The position numbers and the translations under genes are program-made. 64,000 nucleotides of DNA from Hemiscyllium ocellatum (Eukaryota). Shown here in pieces: positions 52,462-64,000 of this stretch. Numbering within the stretch: position 1 is the stretch's first letter; every line of letters begins with the position of its first letter. The stretch covers positions 31,792,468 through 31,856,467 of the forward strand of contig NC_083440.1 in the NCBI RefSeq assembly GCF_020745735.1. The letters run 5' to 3'. The notes under the pieces were generated by a model that saw only the letters and a program-made list of their open reading frames with translations, was not told the origin of the DNA and did no database searches.

Positions 52462-54126
52462 CTATGAAACAAAAATCAAAGTCAATGAAAAATGCCCCTT
52501 TATGATACAAACACCCAATCTTCAGATTACTTCTTCACAGGTGAAGACACCACCTTCAAAATGGCAACTCCAACTATTGCTGAAATGATGCTTACTATTG
52601 TTGATGTATTTTGATTTGTGAAAGCATTTGTGATTACCTATGACATACCCTGTGCAATTATTCCTAAAGAACACTGACTTTGTAACAAGTGAAATCTGTG
52701 AAAAAAGGTAAAATCATCGAAGACACCATTATGTAACCCATGGAATTACCATTCTTTCAGAGCTTGTCTCTCACTTAAGACCATCTATTGATACTTGTGA
52801 CAAGAGTAATCTGAATAGAATGAGTTCAATTCCATGTTCATAACTCTTAGGTGCAAGTGCTGCTGGTCACGCTGACTGCCAAATCACATCCCAAATTTCG
52901 GACAAATTATAATAAATAATAATTATTCTCTTTGCAGTGATCTAAAGTGTTACAGGAGCGGGGAATATCCATGGAAATTCTGTTCATTATATTTAACGTG
53001 ATCAAAAATACTTTGCTTTATTGGTGTGATGTCATTCTCTAATTTATGTCATTGTTCCTCGTGGGCTGAGTTTGGAGTAGATCTGAAAACAAGACACTGA
53101 CCATTCTTACCAGAGTTTATTCTCCTGCCTCATCCACTACTTACAGAAAGCATCTTAAAGAAGCTCAGTGAGATCACGTTTATCCCAGTTCATCAAATGT
53201 GATACCCACTTGGTCTGTGGTCTGATCCCATAAATGAAGTTAAAGAGCTCAGTACCAGATAAAAATCCATGTACAATGTCCAAGGCCAACAGGTCATTCC
53301 TGAGCAGGGAATGAAGCATTGAACGCATTCGGATTTATTTTCAAGTAAGGGTCACTGCATATTTTAACCACGTCATTTTGAGACCACAACATCATAAGAT
53401 AGAGGATCAGAATAAGGCTGTTTTGCCAATCCAGAGTTTAGATCAGAATGCTGCTGAAAAAGCAAAGCAGGTCAGGCAGCATCCGACGAGCAGGAAAATC
53501 GACGTTTTGGGCTAAAGTCATTCTACTGTCTTCTCCCCACACTAAACAAGAGCTGAACTATCTCTGGCTTGAATATACACAATGGCCTAGTCTCCACAGC
53601 CCTCTGCAGCAACAAGTTCCACAGATTCATCACTCTCTGGCTGAAGAAATTCCTCCCCATCTCAGTTCTAAATGGTGCCCTTTTGACCCTGAGACTGTGC
53701 CCTTGGGTCCTAGTCTCGCCTACCAGTCAAAACATCTATTCCACGTTCACTCGACCTCAGTCTCTCAGTATTTTCTATGTTTCAATTAGATATCTCTCCA
53801 ATATCCCCCCTCCACCCTCAAACTTATCCTTGAAGCCACTACCAGGCAAGGATTCAGCCTCTCCCAGCAAGGTCAGGCAACAAACTATTTCACAAAGCTC
53901 ACTGTCTATATATCTATCTTCAACAGAAAGGAAACATGCTTTTCTGACTTGCCAAAATGTTGAATTATGAGCAATGCTAATGTAACACTCAAACTGAAAT
54001 GAGATACGTGACATGTTGGGAAATGAGAAGCTGTACCTTGCTGTTTACTACGCCTGATAAATTAGTGTGTTTGATTCACATCAGAGTTCAGAGTGATTTG
54101 TAGCTCTCTCAGTATGTGTCTCTTAC

Positions 54127-54438
54127 CCTGGAGTGCAGTGATGTTTATACTTTGAATGTTGTCTTCATGAGTGACCTGGCAGGTATAGACTGCGCTGTTG
54201 TACCATTCACCATAAGGGACCATCAGCCGACTCGTCACCGTGAAGTTCCCGTTCGCCTCACACACGGGAGATGTGAAGAAGCCAGAATCCAAGAGTCGGC
54301 CATTTTTCAACCAACTCACGGAGATTGACTTCGGATGGAAATCGATGATTGAACAGACAATGGTTGCAAACTTGCTGCTTGCGATTTCTTCACTGGAGCT
54401 CACAGTTAGGAGAAGTGTTGGTGTGAGAGGACCTGTAC
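54127..54438 (-). CDS. IGHM: IgM heavy chain constant exon CH2
   Basis: Acceptor cctaaag|GT at 54438 (second in-frame AG gives a start at 54432) and donor CAGG|gtaaga at 54127. Frame [41 protein letters not shown]...YTCQVTHED is open. Confidence 0.95.
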
Positions 54439-54689
54439 CTTTAGGAAACACATCGCATAAATTATCTGATGAATTTCATAACAAATACAATCAGTTCTCA
54501 TATATCAAGGTTTCTTGTGGTTAATGGATACAAGAATCATAATTGTGCAGAGTGCTGGAGAAGCAGGGATCCACACAGAAAGATCAGCAGGACAATGTGA
54601 AAGGCTAAAATTATAGGACACAGCAAGGGAGTCAAGGAGGCATAGAAACAATAGGCTGGTAACATCAGAAGGGAGATAGCAACGTTGGA

Positions 54690-57600
54690 TGGTATTCGTT
54701 TTAATGACAGAGTCTAATGAACAAGGCAGATGAAATATCGCCATAAATGAGGAAATGTTGTGGTTGCTATCACGGAGACATATTGAGAGCCGGGCAAGAG
54801 TGGCTATTCAATATTCCAGGATTTAGTGCCTTCTGGCGAGACAGGGAAAGATGGAAAAGGATGGGGGCGGGGGTTTACGGCACAGAATGTTGCTTCTGTC
54901 ACAATTCTGACAAGAGCATTTTAGGCTGTAAAGAGAAATGAAATCATGGATACCTCCTCGAACAAAGGCAAATGGACAGTACTTCAAAACCAAAATACAG
55001 CAAACATAACTACTGGGAGAGCACGATAGACCACGAAAGACCAAGTGCAAATATATGGGTAAATTTCAGAGAAATGTTAATTAAATAGGGGAATGAGAAA
55101 AGAGGTTTTTAACTTCCTCAGCATAGGCTTGGATATTCATTGTGTCAAAAGTTTAGAGGGAGCACAATTCTGAAAATGCCCCCAGGAGAATATTTTAACA
55201 AAGTATGTGTTAATACAGAGAATTTTAATCCAGACCTTGCAAGAAAGGGGTGAACCTGAACTTAACTTTTGGAAATGAAGTCGACCCAGTGGGTAAAACA
55301 TCAATGGTGGTGCACTTTGCAGACAGTGATCGTAAATCAGTTGGATTTCAGATTGTACTGCAAAGGAATAGAAATTGGCCCAAAGTTCTGAAAAGGGGAA
55401 GGACAATTTTAGTAAGATCAGGTAATGACTTAACCAGAGTGGACTGGAAGCTGACACTTATTGGTAAATCTGAGTCAGAGCAGTGTGACACATTTAAGAA
55501 AGAGATAGGAAAATCACAGGGAGGACATTTTCCAGGAAGCCACTGAATGGGACCAAGAATGCAGCGGGCTCTGGACACCAAAGGGCATGGAGGGTGAGAT
55601 AAAGAGAAACAAGGGAGGCTTCCAGTCTATCCTGAAATCTCAAAACAATGGAAATTAGTATGGAGTACAGAACGTGCAAAGGGGAGTTTGAAAGACAAAG
55701 GAATTAGAAGAGCAAAAGGGACCATGAGAAAATAATAGCAGTCAAAATAAAGGAAAATATTTTTCAAAGTTACAGGCTCATTCATAGTAAAAGAATTATT
55801 CGGGAAACAGTAATGCCCATTAAGTGTTATTATTGGAGTGGAGTCGGAGGATTAGGTTGTGTCAGTGTTCACTAGTAAGACGGATAATGTGGGAACAGAA
55901 ATCATGGAGGGGTGTTGTGATGTACTTTCAGAAATTAGGACACATGATGTGATGTTCTGTGTTGTCTTGCTAAATGAAAAGTGGTTATATTTCCAGGGCA
56001 GATGAAAAGTATACCAAGCAGTTTAGCGATGCAAAGGATGAAATAGTTGGGTCGCTGACAATAATTTAGAATTACTGTCTGGCCACAGCAGTTGGGCCAA
56101 GTGAGTGTAGATCAGCCAACATTGCACTGTTGCGCAGGACAAAGGAAGGGATAAATAATGAAAACACAGATCTGTCAAGCTAGTCTCAGTGGTAGGGAAA
56201 CTATTGAAAAGTGAAATTAGTCTTCATTTGGAAGATAAATCAACAATTTTCAGCACGGTTTTATTGAGAGAAAGTCATGTGTAACAATTTGATAGTAGTT
56301 TTCAGAGAGAAAACTCGATGTCCAGATGACATCGCGGCACGGGGCAGCACGGTGGCTCAGTGATTAGCACTGCTGCCTTACAGCACCAGGGTCCCAGGTT
56401 CAATTCCAGCCTCGGGTAACTGTCTGTGTGGAGTTTGCACATTCTCCCCGTGACTTGCATGGGTTTCCTCTGGGTGCTTTGGTTTCCTCCCACAGTCCAA
56501 AGATGTGCAGGCCAGGTGAATTGGCCGTGTTAAATTGTCCATAGTGTTAGGTGTGTTAGTCAGTGGGGAGTGGGTCTGGGTGGGTTACTCTTCGGAGGAT
56601 CGGTGTGGACTTGTTGGGCTGAAGGGCCTGTTTCCACACTGTAGGGAATCTAAAAAAAATGATAGCAATAATCAGAGCCAATGGGATCCGAGTTAATTTG
56701 ACAGATTGGATCTAGAACTGGCTGAGTGATGGGAGCAGGGGATAGTAGTCATCGGGTGTCTGCGTGACTGGAAATCTATGTCTCCTGGTGTTCTGTAGGG
56801 ATTGGTGTTGATTTCCTTGCTATTTCTCTTACATACCAATGATTGAGACTCAAATTTAGGAGGATTAACCAGTGAATTCACAGATGAAATGAAAACTGTA
56901 ATGTTGGTAAGTAATGAGCATTATGGCTTTAGATTGCAAGAGGATATAAAAGGGTTGGTTGTATGTGAAGAGACGTTGCAATTGGAAATTATTCTAGATA
57001 AATGTAAGTTGATGTAATTCGGCAGAAGAATCTGTGAGGTATGACATTTTGAATGGTGGAACCCTAGAAAGGCCTGAGGATCTTTGGTGCATGTACCCAC
57101 CGATCCTCTATAGGATTGTGTCGTCTGGATAAAGAAACTAAGAAGGTGGGAGGATATTTGTTTTTATTAGCCTCGACATTAACAATGAAGAATAGGGGGA
57201 TGATACTGGAACTTAATAGAACACTGGTTAGGCCATACTGAAGCGTTGTGTGCACGTTATCGAAGAAATGTGATTACACTGAAGGCAGTATTGATTAGAT
57301 TTGCCAGGATGTTGCCTGGGTTGGAGGGCTTTAGTTATGAAACTAGATGAGATAGACAGGGGTTTTCCTTGGAGCAGAGGAGAATTAGGGAGAAGATTAT
57401 CATGATGTCCAGAATTATTTTAGGCATAGACTGGGTAAACTGGATGAAACCTTTCCCCTTGATGGAGAGATCAATGCCTCAGGGGCACAGGGTGAAGGTA
57501 AGGCCAGGAGGTTCCAAGTGGATCTCAGGGGAAAACAAAATCAAACAGAGGGTGGTGTTAGCCTGGAGCTCAGCACCTATAAGTCATGTAGAAACTGAGC

Positions 57601-57770
57601 CCCTCATAATAAGTATGAAGTATTGAGATGCATCCTTGCAAGGGCAAGTCACTCAAGGCAATGGATCATGTGCTGGCACATGAGACTGGAATAGTTAGGT
57701 GGCTGTTATTGATAGGCGTAAACTGGATGGATCAAAGGGCCTTTTTCCTGTGCTGTATAAGGTGATTCTG
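54690..57770 (+). mobile_element. Highly decayed CR1-like ORF2 remnants in the CH1-CH2 intron
   Basis: Recognisable endonuclease/RT-like stretches (AATATTCCAGGATTT, CCAGGATGTTGCCTGGGTTGGAGGG) without open frames. Confidence 0.6.
56341..56651 (+). mobile_element. HE1-type SINE inserted in a decayed CR1
   Basis: Same head, A/B boxes and 3' GGGCCTGTTTCCACACTGT as the copy at 58320. Confidence 0.9.
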
Positions 57771-57846
57771 TGAAAATGGTTATAAATAATGCCTTATTCA
57801 TATTAATCCCAGATGCACTGTTTATCTCAGTTCCCACAATACGTAC

Positions 57847-58152
57847 CTAGACATGGCATTTCTTTGCTCTTGTGTGACCCACTGTGCTCAACCTCACAGT
57901 AGATTTTGCTGGGGCAATCTACCGCTGACCCGGGCAGGGTTAACTGGCTGCTCAGGGTGTAGGTTCCCTTCTTGTTTCTCACTGATGGGTAAGTCTTCAA
58001 TCCATCCGTGATTAGCTCCCCGCCTTTCTTCCAGGTTACCTTAGTGACGTCAGGGGAATAGTCCATCACCAAACAACCAAAGATTGTCGAATCGGTGTTG
58101 TGCTCCTCACAGGAGGAGACCAGGCCATAAAGCGTGGGGGGAGATGGTGTCT
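57847..58152 (-). CDS. IGHM: IgM heavy chain constant exon CH1 (shark type)
   Basis: Acceptor attgtag|AG at 58152 and donor CTAG|gtacgt at 57847. Open frame (E)[44 protein letters not shown]...YTLSSQLTL...[20 protein letters not shown] with the canonical C1-set C-W-C pattern. Confidence 0.95.
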
Positions 58153-58319
58153 CTACAATAGAATGACCAATTGATCATGTTAGTTTCTGTTAATTTGACC
58201 TTATCAGTTACTCAAATGTATCCTCAGCTGTAACCGTTTGCCAGTATGCTCCCGCTGAAGTCTACAGCATAACTGGAGTTTATTTTTGTTTCCTACCAGT
58301 TGCTGATCATGATCAGTGT

Positions 58320-58638
58320 GGGCGGCACGGTGGCACAGTGGTTAGCACTGCTGCCTCACAGCGTCAGAGACACGGGTTCAATTCCCACCTCAGGTGACTG
58401 ACTGTGTGGAGTTTGCACGTCCTACCGGTGTCTGCGTGGGTTTCCTCCGGGTGCTCCGGTTTCCTCCCACAGTCACAAAGATGTGCGGGTTAGGTGAATT
58501 GGCCATGCTAAATTGCCCGTAGTGTTCGGTAAGGGGTAAATGTAGGGGTACGGATGGGTTGCGCTTCGGCGGGTCGGTGTGGACTTGTTGGGCCGAAGGG
58601 CCTGTTTCCACACTGTAAGTAATCTAATCTAATCTAAT
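58320..58638 (+). mobile_element. HE1-type tRNA-derived SINE, full length
   Basis: GGGCGGCACGGTGGCACAGTGG start, A box, B box (GGTTCAATTCC), conserved core and (TAATC)n tail. Confidence 0.92.
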
Positions 58639-58734
58639 CATTGGTTCCCTCTTTAGAAACATGCCCTCGACCTTGACCATTGCCATATCATTTAGGAAGA
58701 AGAACATCCTGATCCCACCAAGGAAATGCAGATT

Positions 58735-59065
58735 CATCGAAATTCTACAGTGTGTGCAAACAGGCCATTTGGCCCAACAAGTCCAAACCCACCTTCTGAA
58801 AAGAAACACATCCAGACCCATTCCCCTACCCTATTATGCTACAGTTAACCCTGACTAATGCACCTAACCTCCCAAACACTGAACACAACATTTGCAATTC
58901 CCCCAGCTTGTACAGATTTGGACTGTGGGAGAAAATGCACACAGATATGGGGAGAAAGTGCCAACTCCACAAAGACAGTCACCCGAGGCTGGAATGGAAC
59001 CCGAGTCCCTAGCACTGTGAGGCAGCAGCGCTAACCACAGAACCAGCGTGCCGCTCCACTAGCTA
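58735..59065 (-). mobile_element. HE1-related SINE, diverged
   Basis: Reverse-complement similarity to HE1 (GGCCCAACAAGTCC, GGACTGTGGGAG, GTGAGGCAGCAGCGCTAACCAC). Confidence 0.7.
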
Positions 59066-59123
59066 CCGTGCTGCTGGAAATACCCAACAGCTGGCAGTAA
59101 CCCCGGAGAGAAATCAGAGTGAA

Positions 59124-59420
59124 TCATAGAACATAGAACAGTACAGCACAGTACAGGCCCTTCGGCCCTCGATGTTGCGCTGCCCTGACATACTCATATG
59201 AAGCCCATCCCACCTACACTATTCCATGTACATCCATATGCCTGTCCAATGACAACTTAAATGTACTTAAACTTGGCGAATCTACGACCATTGCAGGCAA
59301 AGCATTCCATACCCTTACTACTAAATGAGTAAGGAAACTACCTCTGCCATCTGTCTTATACCTATCTCCCCTCACTTTAAAGTTGTGTCCCCTCGTGTTT
59401 GCCGTCCCCATACTTGGAAA
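59124..59420 (-). mobile_element. CR1 3' fragment
   Basis: CATAGAACATAGAAC tail. Sequence matches the 3' end of the 43341 element. Confidence 0.85.
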
Positions 59421-59899
59421 TCAGGTCCAGTGAGCCTTGCTCACTTATCACTGCAAGGCAGAATGTTCTCTCTGGGAGGAAGGTCACTGCAGCAGCAGCA
59501 GCAGCAGCAGCACAGGCAGGAGCTGAGCACTGGGACGGGGAGGACGGCTGTCACGGCTGAACTCAGGCCAATTGTCTGGAAGTTGAAACATCTCATTTAC
59601 AATGATCTGAATTCTGGAGGCCTCTGAAAAATGGAGGACCATTAAGGTTCAGAGACTTTGGAGTGTTACAGCTGAGTATTTACGTAAATATGATTTGAGA
59701 AATGAACAAATAATCTTTAACTTTAATAACTATCAGTCTGATACGCAGTTCACCACCAAACCTCATCTCTCAGACTAACCACTGCACTTACTCTGCCTAG
59801 ACCTAAATTTCCACTCACATTGACAAACCCTACCCTGCTATACACCCATTCATGCCCAGAACACACAACTCCTATCACACAAAACACATCCAAGGCAAT

Positions 59900-60580
59900 C
59901 CATATTGGTAGTGTAGATGAGCAGAGAGATCTCGGTGCCCATGTACATAGATCCCTAAAAGTTGCCAGCCAGTTTGATAGAGTTGTTAAGAAGGCATACT
60001 TTGTGCTGGCTTTCATCGATAGAGGGACTGAGTTTCAGAACCACGAGGTTAGGTTGCAGCTATACAAAACTCTGGTGTGGCTGCACTTGGAGTATTGTGT
60101 ACTGTTCTGGTCACCACATTATAGAGAGAATGTGGAAGCTTTGGAAGAGTTCAAAGGAGGTTTACCAGGATGTTGTTTGGTATGGCGGGAAGGTTTAATG
60201 AGGAAAGGATGAGGGTCTTGAGGCTGTTTTTGTTTGAGAGAAGAAGGTTGAGAGGTGACTTAATTGAGACATAAAAGATAAACAGAGGGTGGACAGTGAA
60301 AGTCTTTTTCCTTGAATAGTGATGGCTAGCAGGAGAGGACATAGATGACAGATGTCAGAGGTTGTTTCTTTACTCAGAGAGTAGTAGGGCCATGGAACGC
60401 ACTGCCCGCAACAATAGTACACTCGCCAACTTTAAGGGCATTTAAAAGGTCATTGGATAAACATATGGATGTAAATGGAATAGTGTAGGATAGATAGGCT
60501 TCAGATTGGTTCCACAGGTCAGCGCAACATCGAGGGCTGAAGGGCCTGTACTGCACTGTAATGTTCTATATTCTATATTC
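59900..60580 (+). mobile_element. CR1 3' fragment with internal deletion
   Basis: Encodes GSVDEQRDLGAHVHRSLKVA...HLEYCVLFWSP and ends in TTCTATATTCTATATT. Confidence 0.85.
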
Positions 60581-62080
60581 CAGATGGACATATGATTTCA
60601 ATTCCTTTCAGTCATTTACACTCCTGCCACCCTGCACCTGGCCCATGGCGAATCTGGCCCTGACTGGACCTGGCACCATCATTTTCACAACCTCTGACAA
60701 AAGCCCACTACCCAAGACATGACCTCAGCCCTTGATCACTGACCTCTCATCTTAGCCAAGACAACCTGTGCACATTGCATCCTAGCTCCTTTGGCATCTG
60801 TGCTTTACAACCTACCATTTTGCCAGACTCCGAGCTTTGCATTTTGACAACACGTCCACCTGTCACTTCATTCCAGTGACCTTCCACCCCCTAAACATCC
60901 TGGCACTCTGCCCACCTCCACACTAACCAGTCTGGCATCCTGCCCACCTCTCCATAAACCAGCCTGGCAAAGACAGACCTCCTGCATTTCAGCTCAAACT
61001 ACCCCTCACCTACCAAGCACAATTCGACCAAATTATCCTGTGACCATTACCATTTACCTTGATGCCACCTTGCCAGACAGAGTGCACGCAAGCTTACCCA
61101 GCAGCCAGCCAACCAGCCTACCAGCCCAAAGTCTCCCACATGCCCAATCTAGCCCCTCACTTGCTCACCACCTTCCAACTTTGAGCCTACTCCACCATAA
61201 AGTCAGTGAGTCATAAAGTCGTACAGCACAGTAACAGTTCCTTTAGTCCAGCCCATCCATGCTGACCAGAGTTCCCAAATTAAACTCATTCCACTTGCCT
61301 GCCTTTGGCCCATATCCATCCAGACCTATCCAGTTCCTGTAGCTGTTCAAATGTCTTCTAAATGTGGGACCTATCTCTGCACTTACCGCTTCCTCTGGCA
61401 GTTCATTCCAATATTTTGCACAGTTACAACATGAAGCCCTAACTTCTGCACTCAGTGCTCTGACCAATGAAGGTACAGGTGCCAAACACCTTCAACATAC
61501 TAGATACTTGAGACAACGCTTTCAAGAATCTATGAGTCTTGAATCTATGAATTTCTGTGGTGGAGAATTCCAAAAGAATTCATAATTGTTTTGTTGATCA
61601 GTAAAAAATCAGGTTCAATGTTATCGAGTGTTGGGAAGACTGGTGAGCAGCAAGATTAATGATGATCCCATGAATGGAATAGCCTTCTAGAGAGGCTGAG
61701 ATGCCTTCTTCAGCTTCCATTTTGCTTGCTGACATGTCCCTTCGGCAGCATATTCCAAAATTGTGATCCTTGAGGATAAGGGCACACATGCATGTAAAGC
61801 TTTCCTCCAAACCAGACTTCAGCTTGACTCTCAACTATTTCCTGGCCCGTTTCCTCTTCCTCAATCACAGCCATGGGGCTCACTTCCTAACAGCGCTGTG
61901 AATGTGCTAATACCACACAAACTTCAGCAATTCAAATAGACTGATGACAACTGGTTTCTCAAGGCGATATCAAAAGTCTGACACTTACACACCTGTCTCG
62001 AGATTGAAACAAACACTGGAAGAATTGAAAATTTCTTGAGACACTTGTGTGTCTATGCAAGATGACATGGTTTCCTTTTT

Positions 62081-62282
62081 TAAAAATCACACAACACTAG
62101 GTTATAGTCCAACAGGTTTAATTGGAAGCAAACTACCTTTCGGAGCGACACTCCACTATCACCTGATAAAGGAGCGTCGCTCCGAAAGCTAGTGTGCTTC
62201 CAATTAAACCTGTTGAACTATAACCTGGCGTTGTGTGATTTTTAACTTTGTACACCCCAGTCCAGCACCGGCATCTCCAAAT
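62081..62282. mobile_element. Palindromic family 2 element with imperfect target-site duplication
   Basis: Arms AAAAATCACACAAC...GGAGCGAC and GTCGCTCCGAAAGCTAG...GTTGTGTGATTTTT. Flanked by CATGGTTTC(C)TTTTT at 62066-62080 and 62283-62296. Confidence 0.8.
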
Positions 62283-62381
62283 CATGGTTTCTTTTTGTGT
62301 GATTTGACTGTGTTTTCACTGAATGAACAGAGCTATTTCTTAATCATATAATAGGAATGAAGCTTCCCTCATTTTTAGCAA

Positions 62382-62582
62382 CTGCTGAAAATGTGTTGCT
62401 GGAAAAGCGCAGCAGGTCAGGCAGCGTGCAAGGAGCAGGCAGCATCCAAGGAGCCCTTCCTGAAGAAGGGCTCATGCCAGAAACGTCGATTCTCCTGCTC
62501 CTTGGATGCTGCCTGACCTGCTGCGCTTTTCCAGCAACACATTTTCAGCTCTGATCTCCAGCATCTGCAGTCCTCACTTTCT
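62382..62582. mobile_element. Palindromic family 1 element with 15-bp target-site duplication
   Basis: Flanked by CCTCATTTTTAGCAA at 62367-62381 and 62583-62597. Confidence 0.85.
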
Positions 62583-64000
62583 CCTCATTTTTAGCAAGGC
62601 AATCACACATTATATTTCTTTATTCCAGGGAAGTACAGTGTTAAATTAATGAAATATGATGATTGGGATGTTTCACTTGGAAATTGTCAGAGATTTAAAG
62701 TTTACTTTCATGAGCAATTAATTCCAGCCTCATTGTGTCACAGTACTCACAGGAATGTCTTTCAGAAATGGTGTCTCCCTTTGTTATGGGCAGTCGAATC
62801 AGTAAATCTGGGATAGTTTTTGCTTGTTAAACAAAGGTGTTAAAGAGTTTGAGCCAAAGGGAGACCTGGGGATTGAGCTCACAGATGCACCATGATCTAA
62901 GTAAGTGGTGGAACAGCTCGAGGGGCTGAGTGCCCTCCTCTTGTTCCTACCTTCCTATCATTGTGTCATTCATTAAGCTAGCACTGGCCGTGAATACTTT
63001 TTATTAAAATATTTCAACAAATTAATTGTTTCACACATGCTTTAAAAAAAACTTCTGTTGATTATTTGGAACGGGATCATTGACATTCTCTATTTGCGTG
63101 ATCAAATAACTTTCACCCAATTACAGCAACCACTGCACTCTGCAGTGTGTTGTTACTTCATAATAGTTTCTTGTGAAACTACAGCTCGAGATCAGGGCGC
63201 TCAAATTCAATAATATCTCTGAACATTCGCAATTTGTTCAAATGCATCTTTTTTCTGAAGAACGTGTTTAATCGAACAGAACGTTTTACAATGAAACAAC
63301 AAACTTTAAATGCTAGAAAACCAAAATAAAGACAGAAACTTCTGAAGAAACTCAGCAGGTCTAGCAGCTCCTGTGGAGAGAAGGCAAGGTTAACCTTTCA
63401 CATCCAAAGACCCCTTCTTCACCACATTGTTTTCATGTTTTTGGCAAAAGAGCTCACACCTGTTGAGATAAACAGTGATTACGTTGGCTTGACTCCTGTT
63501 GGAAACAGAATTCTTAGCAGAGGTACTGGATGGTCTGAGATAGCAATGGAAGACCAACTGAAAAGCTATCACCATCTGCTGCAAGTGTTGGGTTCAGCGG
63601 AACCCTCACCGTACCGAACAATCAAATTCAGCTACAGCACTGGTTTAATATAAAGTAAAACAGCCTAAGCATAATCTCATCAAATATACTTCGAAAATGA
63701 TTCATTCTGGATTAGTTATAAATGATATCGTTAGAACAGCAAGTCAAAAGCTGGGATTTCTTTGAGCACTTACTCCATTAACCCCATCTAGTGATGCCCA
63801 AAAGCTTGTGAACAAATATTGATCTGGAAAAAGCTGCTAACCACCAAACTCCTGTTTAATATCTAAGAGACGCAAGTCAGGACAGCGATTGAATACATTT
63901 CACGAGCCTCTGTGAGTGGAATTCCAACAAACACCAAAACATCACAATCTGCTTTCTTGCACTGAAGTAACCTGATAAGAGGTCGTGTTACATACCTCTC

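Noticed and set aside
59490-59510. (CAG)7 as a coding polyglutamine tract
   Set aside because: It is a short tract in the presumed IgM intron within an ORF assembled from antisense CR1 sequence.
58153-64000. RSS-like CACAGTG hits
   Set aside because: The clear hit (~58334) is inside the HE1 A box and has no nonamer at 12 or 22/23 spacing.

Overview
Eukaryotic DNA from a cartilaginous fish (shark), inferred from HE1-type SINEs, CR1/HER1 LINEs and the shark-type IgM sequence. The right end carries the constant region of an IgM heavy-chain cluster on the minus strand: CH1, CH2, CH3, CH4 plus secretory tail, TM1 and TM2 (58152 down to 48296). No V, D, J or RSS was found in the window. CH4 has a frameshift and a premature TAA, so this copy is a probable pseudogene or makes a non-canonical product. 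The left end has the main exon of a GPR139/142-like GPCR (4137-5044) and a ~6 kb G-rich satellite with an internal inversion, both bracketed by an old inverted duplication. The middle (16.2-36.1 kb) holds an array of homologous, mostly phase 2/2, 56-117 nt exon-like cassettes on the plus strand. Many are broken and I cannot assign them to a known gene. Several short hairpin retroelements carry minimal hammerhead-ribozyme-like motifs. There are two long CR1 copies, many LINE/SINE fragments and one 135-N gap. All translations and alignments were done by eye, and comparisons to known proteins come from memory, not from a database search.
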